From positions 189,665 through 253,664 of IMG/VR virus record IMGVR_UViG_3300017917_002466: a stretch of DNA of 64,000 nucleotides; one strand, written 5' to 3'. Positions 28,568 through 38,803 of the stretch are shown here, in pieces (positions within the stretch are counted from its first letter, which is position 1; the number at the start of each line of letters is the position of its first letter). Made by a program: the position numbers and the translations under genes. The notes under the pieces are model-generated. The model saw only the letters and a program-made list of their open reading frames with translations, did no database searches and had not been told where the DNA came from.

Positions 28568-28904
28568 AACTATCCTCCAACCTAATTACATCATCCAAGA
28601 AGTTTGTAGAGCTTTCTAAATAAAGACTATCAACCAATGCTTCCATTCTATGAATTACTAAAGGCTCTATTGTATAGAAGTCTTTTTTGTTCAGCAATAT
28701 CTCTGATAGATTTTCTTTGCTATCTCCGACATAAAACTTTAAACACCCCTCTATAACATAAAAAGATTCATGCTTCTTTTTATGGTATTGTAAACTACAA
28801 CGATGACCAGCTTTCATAAACAGTTCTTTAACAACATAACCTTTATTAACTTCAATCCACTTTTCCCAACCCCAAGGTTTTTCCTTCAGTATAATATTTT
28901 TCAT
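28554..28904 (-). CDS. cupin, mannose-6-phosphate isomerase type-II C-terminal-like
   Basis: KPWG.E, SLQYH..K.E, HR, ES, DVIRLEDSYGR. Confidence 0.88.
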   Translation of the reverse strand: MKNIILKEKPWGWEKWIEVNKGYVVKELFMKAGHRCSLQYHKKKHESFYVIEGCLKFYVGDSKENLSEILLNKKDFYTIEPLVIHRMEALVDSLYLESSTNFLDDVIRLEDSYGRV

Positions 28905-30410
28905 TTATTCCTTTCCTATTCTCATTAGCTTTTCAAACATCATTTGACCTTCTTCATTATTTTTCTCAGCTATTTTAATATCTAAGTAATATGATTCTGG
29001 CAATGTCACATAAAGCACAAAAGTTTTCTCTAAGCCATATATTTCATCTTTATTCATAGTAGGCATGTTTAGTATGCTTCTATCAAAAAACGAAATTGGA
29101 ATATCTTCTTCTCCTGTTATATATCCTTTCTCAATTGAAAGATTTCTTAATTGAGTACCAGAAAACGGAATGAATGTAAATACATTCAAATGACATTTTC
29201 CTTTAAGGATTTCAAAGGCTTTTTTAGTTAATCCTATTGTTTCAAAAACTTCTTCTCTTGTTTCATCCGGCAGCCCAATCATACAGTTGATAACTGGAAT
29301 AATATCATACTTAGCCAATTCTTTAAAAGCCGATATAATTTGGATATTTGATAAACGCTTATCTAATAATTCTTTCCTTATTCTTTCTGAACCATGTTCC
29401 AAACCAACTGCAATAGATTTACAACCCATTTCGGCCAATAATTTAGTCTTTTCTTCAGTAAGAGTATCTAATCTACTTTGACAAAAGAATGGTAAGCCAA
29501 CTTCTTTTTTGTAGCGAATAGCAAAATCTTTAAAATCTTTCCTTGATAAAGCTGTAAAAGTTTCAGAAAAAAATGACAAATAGTCAATATCAAATTCCTT
29601 AACTAAGTATTTGATTTCATCGAAAATCTTATCGTACTTTTTAACTCTATAATATCGACCAATATTTTCAGCCTTACATAAATTTTTGATAGCGGGTGCG
29701 GCACAATATGTACACCACCACGGACAACCCCTATCAGTATCAATGGGCATTACCCTAACAACCTTTCCAGAAAAAGGTCTATAAAACCTATAATTCTCAT
29801 ATATTGAAAAATCAGGCATAGGAGTTTTGTTTATATCAACCAATGCCCTTAATGGATTTTTAACTATCCCACCATCTTTAATTGTGTAGATATTCTTAAT
29901 TTTTGAGCAGTCTTTATTTTCCATGATATTAGTGGCTAATTCAACTATTGTTTCTTCACCTTCACCAATACAAACATAATCAACTAACCCACTTTTTAGA
30001 ATCCTTTCATATGCAAAAGTTGCTCCTACACCTCCAAAAACTACTGGTATTTTCTTATCTTTAATCAGCTTTAAAAAATCTAATGAAAAGAAAATCGTAC
30101 TATCAATAACCGATATTCCGATTAAGTCTGGTTGATAATCGTTGATAGTTTTTACAAAATCCTCATAAATATTTTCAGTTTTACCTTTAAAGTAATTCTC
30201 AATATTTGTTTTCTTAACGTGTCCTAATTTGGTTCGCACATCATCATTAGTTTCAGTTTTAGACTTATAAATGCTACAATCAAATAACTTAGTTATAAAT
30301 CCGGCTTGTTTTAAACAAGCCGATAATATAGCTAAATGAGTGGGAGCAATTCCTAATAATGATTGATTAGGATAGAATAATAAGACTTTAAAATCTTTTT
30401 TAGTATCCAT
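28905..30410 (-). CDS. cobalamin-binding radical SAM protein (class B methyltransferase-like)
   Basis: B12 domain (PDLIGIS, VFGG, IGEGE), RGCPWWCTYC, GLEHGSE.IR, IGLPDET, FIPFSGT. Confidence 0.9.
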   Translation of the reverse strand: MDTKKDFKVLLFYPNQSLLGIAPTHLAILSACLKQAGFITKLFDCSIYKSKTETNDDVRTKLGHVKKTNIENYFKGKTENIYEDFVKTINDYQPDLIGISVIDSTIFFSLDFLKLIKDKKIPVVFGGVGATFAYERILKSGLVDYVCIGEGEETIVELATNIMENKDCSKIKNIYTIKDGGIVKNPLRALVDINKTPMPDFSIYENYRFYRPFSGKVVRVMPIDTDRGCPWWCTYCAAPAIKNLCKAENIGRYYRVKKYDKIFDEIKYLVKEFDIDYLSFFSETFTALSRKDFKDFAIRYKKEVGLPFFCQSRLDTLTEEKTKLLAEMGCKSIAVGLEHGSERIRKELLDKRLSNIQIISAFKELAKYDIIPVINCMIGLPDETREEVFETIGLTKKAFEILKGKCHLNVFTFIPFSGTQLRNLSIEKGYITGEEDIPISFFDRSILNMPTMNKDEIYGLEKTFVLYVTLPESYYLDIKIAEKNNEEGQMMFEKLMRIGKE

Positions 30411-30412
30411 TA

Positions 30413-31084
30413 TTATTGTCTTCCCAAAAATATTTTTTGAAAATATTCTAATTGATTATTTACAACTTGAGGGACTTTAGCTAAATAATCACCTTCAACT
30501 GAATACTTATGAAGGTCGACTTCTTCTTGTGATAAGCAAATTCCAACTATTCTTTCTTTCATTTGTGATTCAAATTTATCATTAGGAAGTAAAGCTTTAT
30601 GTAAACCCTTTTCAAAAAACTTTTTCATAATATCTTGCTTATAAATTCCAGCAGCAGCAAATACTCCAATATGTCCAGTATTTGGAATAGAATTGTATTT
30701 GGTCATTGATAATACTTTAGTTGCATAATTTAATTCTCTTGATAAAAAAGGCCCCTCATTAAAATACATAAGGTTCCAAGTTTTATCATCATATAAGAAT
30801 TTATCAAATGATTTCTTTAAAAGCATACTATCTTGCATCAAGAAATAAAAATGTTCATTGGGATATTCTTCATATGCTTTCCATAATGATCCTGCTCCAC
30901 GATGAGGATTTATATAATCTGAAACTATTACGTTTGGATACTTTTTTACTTTTTCTATATAGGTTTTATCATCCGAATTTGAATCATATATTATCGTTCG
31001 TTCGTTTGGATGAAATTGAAATATAGCATCTAAACATATAAAAATTGGACTTCTTTCTGTATATTTGGATGGTATAATAAACAT
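30413..31084 (-). CDS. GT-A-like hypothetical protein
   Basis: IYDSNSDD, FLMQDS, ER..GI. Confidence 0.55.
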   Translation of the reverse strand: MFIIPSKYTERSPIFICLDAIFQFHPNERTIIYDSNSDDKTYIEKVKKYPNVIVSDYINPHRGAGSLWKAYEEYPNEHFYFLMQDSMLLKKSFDKFLYDDKTWNLMYFNEGPFLSRELNYATKVLSMTKYNSIPNTGHIGVFAAAGIYKQDIMKKFFEKGLHKALLPNDKFESQMKERIVGICLSQEEVDLHKYSVEGDYLAKVPQVVNNQLEYFQKIFLGRQ

Positions 31085-32593
31085 TTATCCTCCCATAATT
31101 TTTTTAAGTTTTTCAAACATCCTTTGACCTTCTTCATCATTTTTTTCGGCTATTTTAATATCTTTCCAATATTTCTTATCTAACTTAATATATAAATGTA
31201 CTGTTTTCTCTAACCCTAATATTTCTTCTTTACTTAAATTTGGCATATTAAGTATACTTTCTTTATACCAAGAAAAATTAATTTCATCTTCTGGTGAAAT
31301 ATATCCTCTATCTAAAGCTATTTGTCTTAGTTTAGTTCCAGAAAAAGGTATAAAAGTAAATACATTGATATTGTGATTACCCTTTAATATCTTGGATATT
31401 TTTCTATTCATTTTAATTGTTTCAAATATTAGTTCTCTATTTTCATCTGGTAATCCAATCATGCTATTAATTGTTGGCTTAATACCATATTTTGCCAACA
31501 ATCTAAATCCTTTAAGTACTGATTTATTAGTTAGCTTTTTATTAAGTATTTTAGTTCTAAATTCTTCATCTCCATGTTCTAATCCAACTGAAATAGCTAC
31601 ACAACCAATTTCTTTAAGAAGTTTAGTTTTTCCATCTGTAAAACTATCCAATCTTGTTTGACACCAGAATGGAAGATTAATTTCTTTCTTATATCTTTCA
31701 GCAAAAATTCTAAATTTTTCAAAAGGTAAAGCTAACAAAGTTTCTGAACTTATATAAAGAAAGTTAATATTATATTTTTCTATAATCTCTTTAGAATCAG
31801 AAAAAAATTTGTCTAAACTCTTAACTCTATAATATCGGCCTGACTTTTCTGTTTTAAAGAAAGATTTTAAACCTTCAGCAGCACAATATGAACAAGAAAA
31901 TGGACACCCTCTATCAATATCAAATTGAGCCATTCTAACAATATTACCGTCAAATGGACGATAAAACCTTTCATTATCATAAATTGAAAAATCTGGAGTT
32001 GGAAGATCATCTAAGTTAGATAATTTTCTAGATGGATTTTTAATTATCTTATCATTTTCAATATAACACATATTCATAACTGTTTTAGGATTTTCTTGAT
32101 TCTTAATTCTATTACACAATTCTGGTAAAGCTTCTTCTCCTTCTCCAAGACAAACAAAATCAACATAACCGGACTTAAGTATTTTTTCATATGAAAATAA
32201 AGCTCCAACACCACCAACAACTACTGGTATTTTTTTATCTTTGATTTTTTCTATGAAAGAATAAGATATTTGTATCGTACTATCAACTAAAGTTATAGCT
32301 AAAAGATTTGGTTTATAAGAATTAACTAAGTCTATAAAATCATTATAGATATTTGAAGTTTTTAATGGCGCGATTTCATCTATATTAGTTTTCTTTACAT
32401 GACCTAATTTTTCTCTTATATCATCTTGCTTTTCGTTAATAGATTGATAAGTTGAACAATCAAATAACTTAATATCATATCCGGCTTTTTTCAGACAAGC
32501 GGCCAACATAGCAATGTTACTTGGAACAACTCCAACACGAGGATCATTTGGAAATAGAAATAATACTTTAAATTTTTCAATTGGTTTTTTCAT
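31085..32593 (-). CDS. cobalamin-binding radical SAM protein (paralog of 28905..30410)
   Basis: VVGG, LGEGE, RGCPFSCSYC, GLEHGDE, IGLPDE, FIPFSGT. Confidence 0.9.
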   Translation of the reverse strand: MKKPIEKFKVLFLFPNDPRVGVVPSNIAMLAACLKKAGYDIKLFDCSTYQSINEKQDDIREKLGHVKKTNIDEIAPLKTSNIYNDFIDLVNSYKPNLLAITLVDSTIQISYSFIEKIKDKKIPVVVGGVGALFSYEKILKSGYVDFVCLGEGEEALPELCNRIKNQENPKTVMNMCYIENDKIIKNPSRKLSNLDDLPTPDFSIYDNERFYRPFDGNIVRMAQFDIDRGCPFSCSYCAAEGLKSFFKTEKSGRYYRVKSLDKFFSDSKEIIEKYNINFLYISSETLLALPFEKFRIFAERYKKEINLPFWCQTRLDSFTDGKTKLLKEIGCVAISVGLEHGDEEFRTKILNKKLTNKSVLKGFRLLAKYGIKPTINSMIGLPDENRELIFETIKMNRKISKILKGNHNINVFTFIPFSGTKLRQIALDRGYISPEDEINFSWYKESILNMPNLSKEEILGLEKTVHLYIKLDKKYWKDIKIAEKNDEEGQRMFEKLKKIMGG

Positions 32594-32595
32594 TT

Positions 32596-34011
32596 TTAGT
32601 CCAATTTAATAGCTGACCAACTAGTATCTTTAAATACTAAGATTTTACTTATACCTTTTTCTCTAAAAAATTCGTTAACAGCTTTTTTAACTCCTTCTTG
32701 ATTATAATCGTGACCAGCTAAAATTCCACCCTTTTTAACTTTACTATACCAAGATTCTAAATCAGCTTTAACATATTCATATGAATGGTTGCCATCAATA
32801 TATATCATATCAATAGAATCATTCTTAACTTGTTCACAATATTTTTCTCCATATTCTTTAATCAATTCAACATGAGGATATTTTAAAAGTCTTTCTCTTG
32901 CTTTTTGTTCAATAATTGGCCAATAATTTCTTGGATTTTCACCACCTTCATAAGATAAATCCATCCCCCATAAATCAATTGAAAAAACTTTTTTACAAAA
33001 AATAGCAAAAAGTTCAGTTGAAATTCCTAAATAACATCCAATTTCTATTACTGTTTTTCCTTCCAACTTATAATGATTAATCAAATCTAATAATCCACCA
33101 GTAGTATTTTCTGGTGATCTGACATTAGAATTTGGCCCCATCCTAGGTTCTTTAATAATAGCTTCAATTCTTCTAGATGGTTTATTTTCATCATTACATA
33201 AAAGATGTTCGTACTTTATTAGATTACTTAAAATATACTTTGAACAATTTCTTTCGTCTAAAATTATTTTAGAAGGATTCCAACCAGGTCTTGAAATAAC
33301 ATCTTCCAAATTAGATATTTTTCTATCCATTGAATTTTTATAAAAGTCATTATTATATTCTACGTGTCCAAAAGATTTTAATTTAAGTTTAGCTTTTTCT
33401 GCACCACCTAACCAAGTATAATGCCAACCTGTTACTTTTCCATATTTTTCTTTGTTCACATAAAGAATTTCATCTGTATGATTTTTCCAATAATTCCCAC
33501 TATAACTTCTAAAAGAATCAAAAGAATATTGTTTAAAATAACTATAATTACAAAGTCTTGTTCCACGCCAAGGTTGATTTACTATCGCATCTATGAAATA
33601 AGAATAAAGATCAACATTAAAAACAAATAATTTATTAGCTTGAAAATCATTCTTTAATAATTCTCTAAGTACTTCTGGATTTGGAATTTCATCCAAATCT
33701 GACATAAGAATAATATCATCATCTTTACAATTAACAAGAGATTGGGCTATACTATTTTTATGGTTTACATCTCTATCCCAATGATTCCATTTATTACCCA
33801 TGTCATCTATAAACTTATTATGAATAATTTTATCTTCAAACTTTTTAAACCTATCTTTATTTTCTAAATAATAAAATGGTTTATCGTTTCCTTGAAAAGT
33901 TTTGTTACATTCCCCAATAACAAAATAATCAACATAAGGATCAAGCATTTCCATCCTAATTTCAAGTAAATCTAATTCATTTAGAAAAGGGAAGACATCA
34001 TAAACTTTCAT
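32596..34011 (-). CDS. GT17-like GlcNAc transferase fused to Methyltransf_24
   Basis: YD.F.F.NELDLLEIR...VDYFVI.E, SDLDEIP, GWHY.W.GG; EIG.YLG.S, YIDGNHSY, GG..AGHDY. Confidence 0.88.
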   Translation of the reverse strand: MKVYDVFPFLNELDLLEIRMEMLDPYVDYFVIGECNKTFQGNDKPFYYLENKDRFKKFEDKIIHNKFIDDMGNKWNHWDRDVNHKNSIAQSLVNCKDDDIILMSDLDEIPNPEVLRELLKNDFQANKLFVFNVDLYSYFIDAIVNQPWRGTRLCNYSYFKQYSFDSFRSYSGNYWKNHTDEILYVNKEKYGKVTGWHYTWLGGAEKAKLKLKSFGHVEYNNDFYKNSMDRKISNLEDVISRPGWNPSKIILDERNCSKYILSNLIKYEHLLCNDENKPSRRIEAIIKEPRMGPNSNVRSPENTTGGLLDLINHYKLEGKTVIEIGCYLGISTELFAIFCKKVFSIDLWGMDLSYEGGENPRNYWPIIEQKARERLLKYPHVELIKEYGEKYCEQVKNDSIDMIYIDGNHSYEYVKADLESWYSKVKKGGILAGHDYNQEGVKKAVNEFFREKGISKILVFKDTSWSAIKLD

Positions 34012-34136
34012 TTTTTAACTCCTCTTATTAAAATTAAATCCACCGAAAACAAATTACTTTTATAATACCATTTATTCATTAATTTATTATATTCAATTTA
34101 TTGTTCATCGCAAAATATTTTTATATTCTTAAATTT

Positions 34137-35012
34137 TTATTTGTAGCACTCAAAATTATACAAATAAGCATATTTACTTTCTTTAACTTCTTTTATAACT
34201 TCATCATAAGATTCTAATTTTTCTTTCCTACTTAAATACATCCAACCCTTTGTAAAAATATTACTATTAGCCCAATAACCATCCGAAACATTATATCTTG
34301 CCCAATACTTAGGAGCAATAGTTAATTTTGACCTTTCATTTAACCAAGCTGGAAAATAAGCAAAAGATGAATTAGAAAGAATTAAATAATTAGCCTGATA
34401 AATCATAAAAAAATCAGTATTAATTCCAGTATGATAACATTTCAAAGGAAATTCAGGAAACAAAGTTCTTGCATATGAAACATCATCAGTAATCACAGTA
34501 AACTTCACATCTGGATTTATTTTTCTTATTTGAGTAATTGCATTATCCCAATATGATTTAGGGAGAAGTACTTCTCTAATTCCTTTATACTCTCCTCCAC
34601 GAACATTAATAATACACTCATTATCATCAGTTCTCATATTTTTATATGAATCTATATTTTTAATTTGAATCCATTGTCTAACTTTCTCTTTATCCAAATA
34701 TTGTTCAGTCTGCCAACATCCTATTAATTTTGAATTATCTTGAAGATCATCAAAATTATGATATAAATGTATATTCACCTCATCAACATGATGAATTTGA
34801 ACTACTTTCTCTTTATATTCTCGTTCTATTTCAACAACATCTTTACCATAATCCAAATCAAGAAAATCTATCTGTGATTGTCCACCGTAATAATCTCCAT
34901 AAATTTTTTTAGTAAATCCCCATTCAAATCCTTTTCTTTCGGCTATTGAACGTAAAACAACATACTGCCAAATATGATTACCAAAATTACCTGTAAAATC
35001 AGTTGTTATCAT
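34137..35012 (-). CDS. GT11-like glycosyltransferase
   Basis: GNFGNH.WQY, NVRGGEY, VITDD, SNSSFAYFPAW, IAPKYW. Confidence 0.8.
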   Translation of the reverse strand: MITTDFTGNFGNHIWQYVVLRSIAERKGFEWGFTKKIYGDYYGGQSQIDFLDLDYGKDVVEIEREYKEKVVQIHHVDEVNIHLYHNFDDLQDNSKLIGCWQTEQYLDKEKVRQWIQIKNIDSYKNMRTDDNECIINVRGGEYKGIREVLLPKSYWDNAITQIRKINPDVKFTVITDDVSYARTLFPEFPLKCYHTGINTDFFMIYQANYLILSNSSFAYFPAWLNERSKLTIAPKYWARYNVSDGYWANSNIFTKGWMYLSRKEKLESYDEVIKEVKESKYAYLYNFECYK

Positions 35013-35656
35013 ACTTTTCCCAATACAAAAACGTGATTTCCTTTTCCGTAGGCAAAATCTTGCCAGTTATCTTTTAATCCTTGAACATGATTACAATGTT
35101 TAATAACTTTCCATTTATTCAATTCAAAATTCTTTATCCACCAATCTTCATTTTCTGCAATTAAATGTGAAATTTCTAAATGATATTCATCAATCCTATA
35201 TTTTCCATTATCTCCCATTGGAATAACACACATAATTTTCGAACATACTTTAGAAATATTATCTAACATATCTATAAGCTGTTCTTTTGTTAAATGTTCC
35301 AAAACATCTTTCATAATAACATGAGTATAACCAGTATTAGAATGTTTATCCCAAGAACTTTTATCTGAACAATTCCAACAACCTTCTGGGGCAAATGATA
35401 AAGCATAATCACTTATATCGCATCCATCTGCTTTAATTTCTAATTGTCTAAAAGCTTTTACAATAAATCCTTTAGCACATCCAACATCAAGAACATAACT
35501 ATTAGAATCTAAACCAAAATAATCAATAAAAGATAAAGCTTCTTTACAACTACGAATTGGCATCCATCTATAGTTAGTTAACCAACCTTTTCCTGATTGT
35601 CTTCCTCTTTCGTAATAATCAGCGTCATAAAAATCTCCTGTATATTTTTCAAACAA
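35009..35656 (-). CDS. class I SAM methyltransferase
   Basis: VLDVGCAKG, GCDIS.YA, DVLEH. Confidence 0.88.
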   Translation of the reverse strand: MFEKYTGDFYDADYYERGRQSGKGWLTNYRWMPIRSCKEALSFIDYFGLDSNSYVLDVGCAKGFIVKAFRQLEIKADGCDISDYALSFAPEGCWNCSDKSSWDKHSNTGYTHVIMKDVLEHLTKEQLIDMLDNISKVCSKIMCVIPMGDNGKYRIDEYHLEISHLIAENEDWWIKNFELNKWKVIKHCNHVQGLKDNWQDFAYGKGNHVFVLGKV

Positions 35657-36581
35657 AATCTATATCCTCCATTTTTTGTAATAAATTATGTATGTATTCA
35701 TTTTCATCTTTACCACAATTACAGAAAGTGCATCTATATCCCAAATCATACACAGGATTATTTTCTAACCAGTTTTCTAAATCTTTAATTTTACAAAGTG
35801 CAAAATCTTCTGGTAATTTTCCTGGTGATTCAAAAGAAAGTTCCATAGATGGGCATGGTAGAAAATTACCTTTCCAATCAATTGCTGCTCTCAACCAAAC
35901 CATATAACATCCCGAAGGTGTTCCAAATTCTTTACGAAAGAATATTAAAGGATTTCCATATTTACTTACTTCATTTACAACTTCATCTTCCCAAGATTTT
36001 TCACAAGGTCTATTTGGTGCAACTCTAACTATAGTATTATTTTCTTTTGCAAAATTATATATGTTTTTAATTTCTTCAAGACTTTTCTGGTTATATACTA
36101 TAAATGACATACTTCTTTTAACATTTGATGGAATATGATTTAAGTTTATTTTCTTTGCATAGCTTGCAGATTGTACGCTGACTCTTATCCAACTAAAATT
36201 ACTAAATAATTCTGGCTTATATTTCTCTAAATCTAAACCATTAGTAACTAATGACAATTTTAAATTCTTACTATGTGCATATTCAATAGCAGATTCAAAA
36301 TGTGTCCATAAAAGCGGATCACCACCACCACTAAATTCAAGAGCTTTTAATCCTTTCTTTGTAAGAACATCAACTACTAGTTTAAAATCTTCAATTGATA
36401 ATTCAGACGAATCTTTATTTTCATTTTTAAAACAACAATACTTACATTTTAATTGACATCTTATATTTGGAAAAACTGAAATATGAATCGGTGAAACAAT
36501 TTCTCTTTTCTCTAACTTTGCAAGATGTTCTTGGTGATGAATTAATTTATGTACTCCAGGTGAAAAACTTTTTAAGCTCAT
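35649..36581 (-). CDS. radical SAM protein with C-terminal SPASM/twitch-like cysteines
   Basis: CQLKCKYC, FSGGGDP, LVTNG, WIRVS, C...PC...C..C. Confidence 0.88.
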   Translation of the reverse strand: MSLKSFSPGVHKLIHHQEHLAKLEKREIVSPIHISVFPNIRCQLKCKYCCFKNENKDSSELSIEDFKLVVDVLTKKGLKALEFSGGGDPLLWTHFESAIEYAHSKNLKLSLVTNGLDLEKYKPELFSNFSWIRVSVQSASYAKKINLNHIPSNVKRSMSFIVYNQKSLEEIKNIYNFAKENNTIVRVAPNRPCEKSWEDEVVNEVSKYGNPLIFFRKEFGTPSGCYMVWLRAAIDWKGNFLPCPSMELSFESPGKLPEDFALCKIKDLENWLENNPVYDLGYRCTFCNCGKDENEYIHNLLQKMEDIDFV

Positions 36582-37237
36582 TTTAATTCCTCCACAGCTT
36601 GAAGTTCACCTTTTAGAATCATCCATAAAGCCCTTTCTATAATATGACCTTCTGTTGGATTTTTAGCAACAAGATGATCTTTTAAATTCTGCCAAAAAGA
36701 AATAGAATAAAATAAAGCCTGTCTTTTTTCAATTAAGTATTGTGAACCTGGACAAAATCTTATCCAATCGACATGATTGTAGTTAGCAAAAATTGTATTC
36801 ATAAACTCATCAAACGAACTATATTTACATCCTTGACTATAAGTTTTATTACATTCTGGTATATACCAGGAATTATTTATTTCCATATATCCACCATCTT
36901 CAGCTTTTTTATGGCATCCTTCTGCTTTAACATGACTATAATCTTCTAATGAAGTAAATTCATTATTTAAAATAAGTTTATCGAAAGTTTCTTTTTTACA
37001 ATGGTCAAAAGGAAAAGCTTGAACAAATGCCATTAAATTTGGTAAGTTATCATAATTACTTATTATAAAATCAAAAATATCTCTTTGATTTCCACCAAGA
37101 TTTTCTACATTCAAAATATGATTATTATTTTCTATTACTTCTCCTTTATTGTAAACAACATAATTATCAGTATATTCTTCAACCCAAGAATAATCTTCTT
37201 TAAATCTACTTATAATTATTTTAGCTTTAATTTCCAT
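36578..37237 (-). CDS. DUF3431-like protein
   Basis: ISRF.ED..W, VYNKG, N.G......I..NYD.LP...F.Q..PFDH, GH..ER.W. Confidence 0.7.
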   Translation of the reverse strand: MEIKAKIIISRFKEDYSWVEEYTDNYVVYNKGEVIENNNHILNVENLGGNQRDIFDFIISNYDNLPNLMAFVQAFPFDHCKKETFDKLILNNEFTSLEDYSHVKAEGCHKKAEDGGYMEINNSWYIPECNKTYSQGCKYSSFDEFMNTIFANYNHVDWIRFCPGSQYLIEKRQALFYSISFWQNLKDHLVAKNPTEGHIIERALWMILKGELQAVEELK

Positions 37238-37239
37238 TT

Positions 37240-37437
37240 TTATTTTCTCCAATAACTATATATATTTTATCAATTTCATACTTCACAAATTTTTGTTCTC
37301 GTCTTGGTTGTTTCGTGGCTCAATTAAACATTTCATAAACTACTTTCTCAATATCAGTTTTATCTTTCAAATATCAAGTAAGTATCTTGAAAAGTTATTT
37401 TTATTAAATCAGCAACACCAGTAATAAATATATTCAT
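37240..37437 (-). pseudogene. internally deleted NAD-dependent sugar epimerase/dehydratase relic
   Basis: MNIFITGVADLI/NFSRYLLD Rossmann start joined to DKTDIEKVVYEMFN*ATKQPRR...YEIDK/IYSYWRK C-terminus, with frameshifts and a stop. Confidence 0.7.
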
Positions 37438-38096
37438 TGAACAACTTCTCTAAAATGTGAACCATATTCATTCCATCCATGAAAACCAAAAGGTGTAATG
37501 CCTTGAATCTCTGGTACATTTTTTTCATGTGAAAAATACTTAGCAACTTCTATTGGGGCATATTTAATACCAGCTTTAAGAAAAGCTTCTCTATTATACA
37601 CACAAACATTTCCATCTTCATTATAAAAACCTCTTTCGTGAGTAAATCCAATATTGTATTTTTTAGGAGCTTCAAGAAGCTTTTTACTTCTTAAAGTAAA
37701 ACCTCCATTTCCAACTCTAACATGCTCTCCTTGTGGAGAAATATATGAATCTTCTGAATAAGGCCATATAGCGCCAATATAATCATACTGTAAAAATTCT
37801 TCTCTCCATAAATGAGGATTCGTAATAAACCCATCATATTGAACCAATATACAAAAATCAGTATCAATATAGTCTACTAAATCTTCAAATACAAAACGAT
37901 TATACTTAATATAAGTATCCATTGGATAACATTCACAAAATTGAATATTAGATGGTAAATTTTTAGGCCAAATATGACTTACAAATTTAACAGTACCAAA
38001 GTTAATTCCTTGCATACTATACAACATTGCTTTAATAGTATCTTCAATATGAGAACCTGTTGGAGCTACTAAAGTAATATTAGATAAATTCAACAT
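37434..38096 (-). CDS. DUF5672-like GT-A protein
   Basis: LxLxNITLV, TD..L.VQ.DGF..NP..W...FL.YDYIGA.W, VGNGGF.LRSKKL, NED, FS.E, PFGFHG. Confidence 0.78.
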   Translation of the reverse strand: MLNLSNITLVAPTGSHIEDTIKAMLYSMQGINFGTVKFVSHIWPKNLPSNIQFCECYPMDTYIKYNRFVFEDLVDYIDTDFCILVQYDGFITNPHLWREEFLQYDYIGAIWPYSEDSYISPQGEHVRVGNGGFTLRSKKLLEAPKKYNIGFTHERGFYNEDGNVCVYNREAFLKAGIKYAPIEVAKYFSHEKNVPEIQGITPFGFHGWNEYGSHFREVVQ

Positions 38097-38101
38097 AATT
38101 A

Positions 38102-38803
38102 TTAACTCCTATTTTTATATTTTAACAATATATATTGTGTTTCTCTATTGACTAATTCTTTATTTATTATTGAATTTGTAACACTTCCACTCCAAGTTCT
38201 ATTGACTATTGTTATTTCATTGAGAATTAACGGCAACCCATACTTTTCTTTAATTCTTTTATAAAATTCACAATCCATAAACCATATCAAATTTTCATCA
38301 AAAAATATTGAACCTTCATTTATAAAACTTAAACAACTATGAGTTCCTATAGTATTATGAAAATGAATATTATCATTCCATTCTGGAATGTGTTCTCTAT
38401 AATAATTGATTCCATCGTTAGAATGTATATACTTTGAAACCAACCATTTTGCATTAGGATTTTTATTTAGGATTTCATAAGTATTTAACAAAGATTCTGT
38501 ATTAAAAAGAAAATCGTCTTGACAAAGAACTTTAATAAACTTACCTTGACTTTTTCTTATACAATTATTAACATTTGCCGATGAATTCCCTCTTTTTTCT
38601 TCAAACTTAAAATACTTAATATCTAAACATTTGCTCCAAGATGCACACAATCCTTTTATTGATTCATCAACTGAATGATCTGAAACAATAACTTCAAAAT
38701 CTTTAAAAGTTTGTTTTTCTAATATAGCAAGCGATTGGTTTAAAAAATTCAAACCAAATCCGTGCATCTCATAACAAGGTATTACAACACTTATTAATAT
38801 CAT
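38102..38803 (-). CDS. GT2 glycosyltransferase
   Basis: SVVIPCYE, QTFKDFEVIVSD, QDD, FDE...W.MD. Confidence 0.88.
   Translation of the reverse strand: MILISVVIPCYEMHGFGLNFLNQSLAILEKQTFKDFEVIVSDHSVDESIKGLCASWSKCLDIKYFKFEEKRGNSSANVNNCIRKSQGKFIKVLCQDDFLFNTESLLNTYEILNKNPNAKWLVSKYIHSNDGINYYREHIPEWNDNIHFHNTIGTHSCLSFINEGSIFFDENLIWFMDCEFYKRIKEKYGLPLILNEITIVNRTWSGSVTNSIINKELVNRETQYILLKYKNRS

Noticed and set aside
34012-34136. Gap with NLRI/KIFCD fragment resembling a transaldolase N-terminus
   Set aside because: Too short and degenerate to support
37300-37330. TGA at an expected Trp position, suggesting stop-codon recoding
   Set aside because: TGA and TAG end many intact tiled genes (ATGA overlaps), and the segment also has frameshifts, so it is a pseudogene
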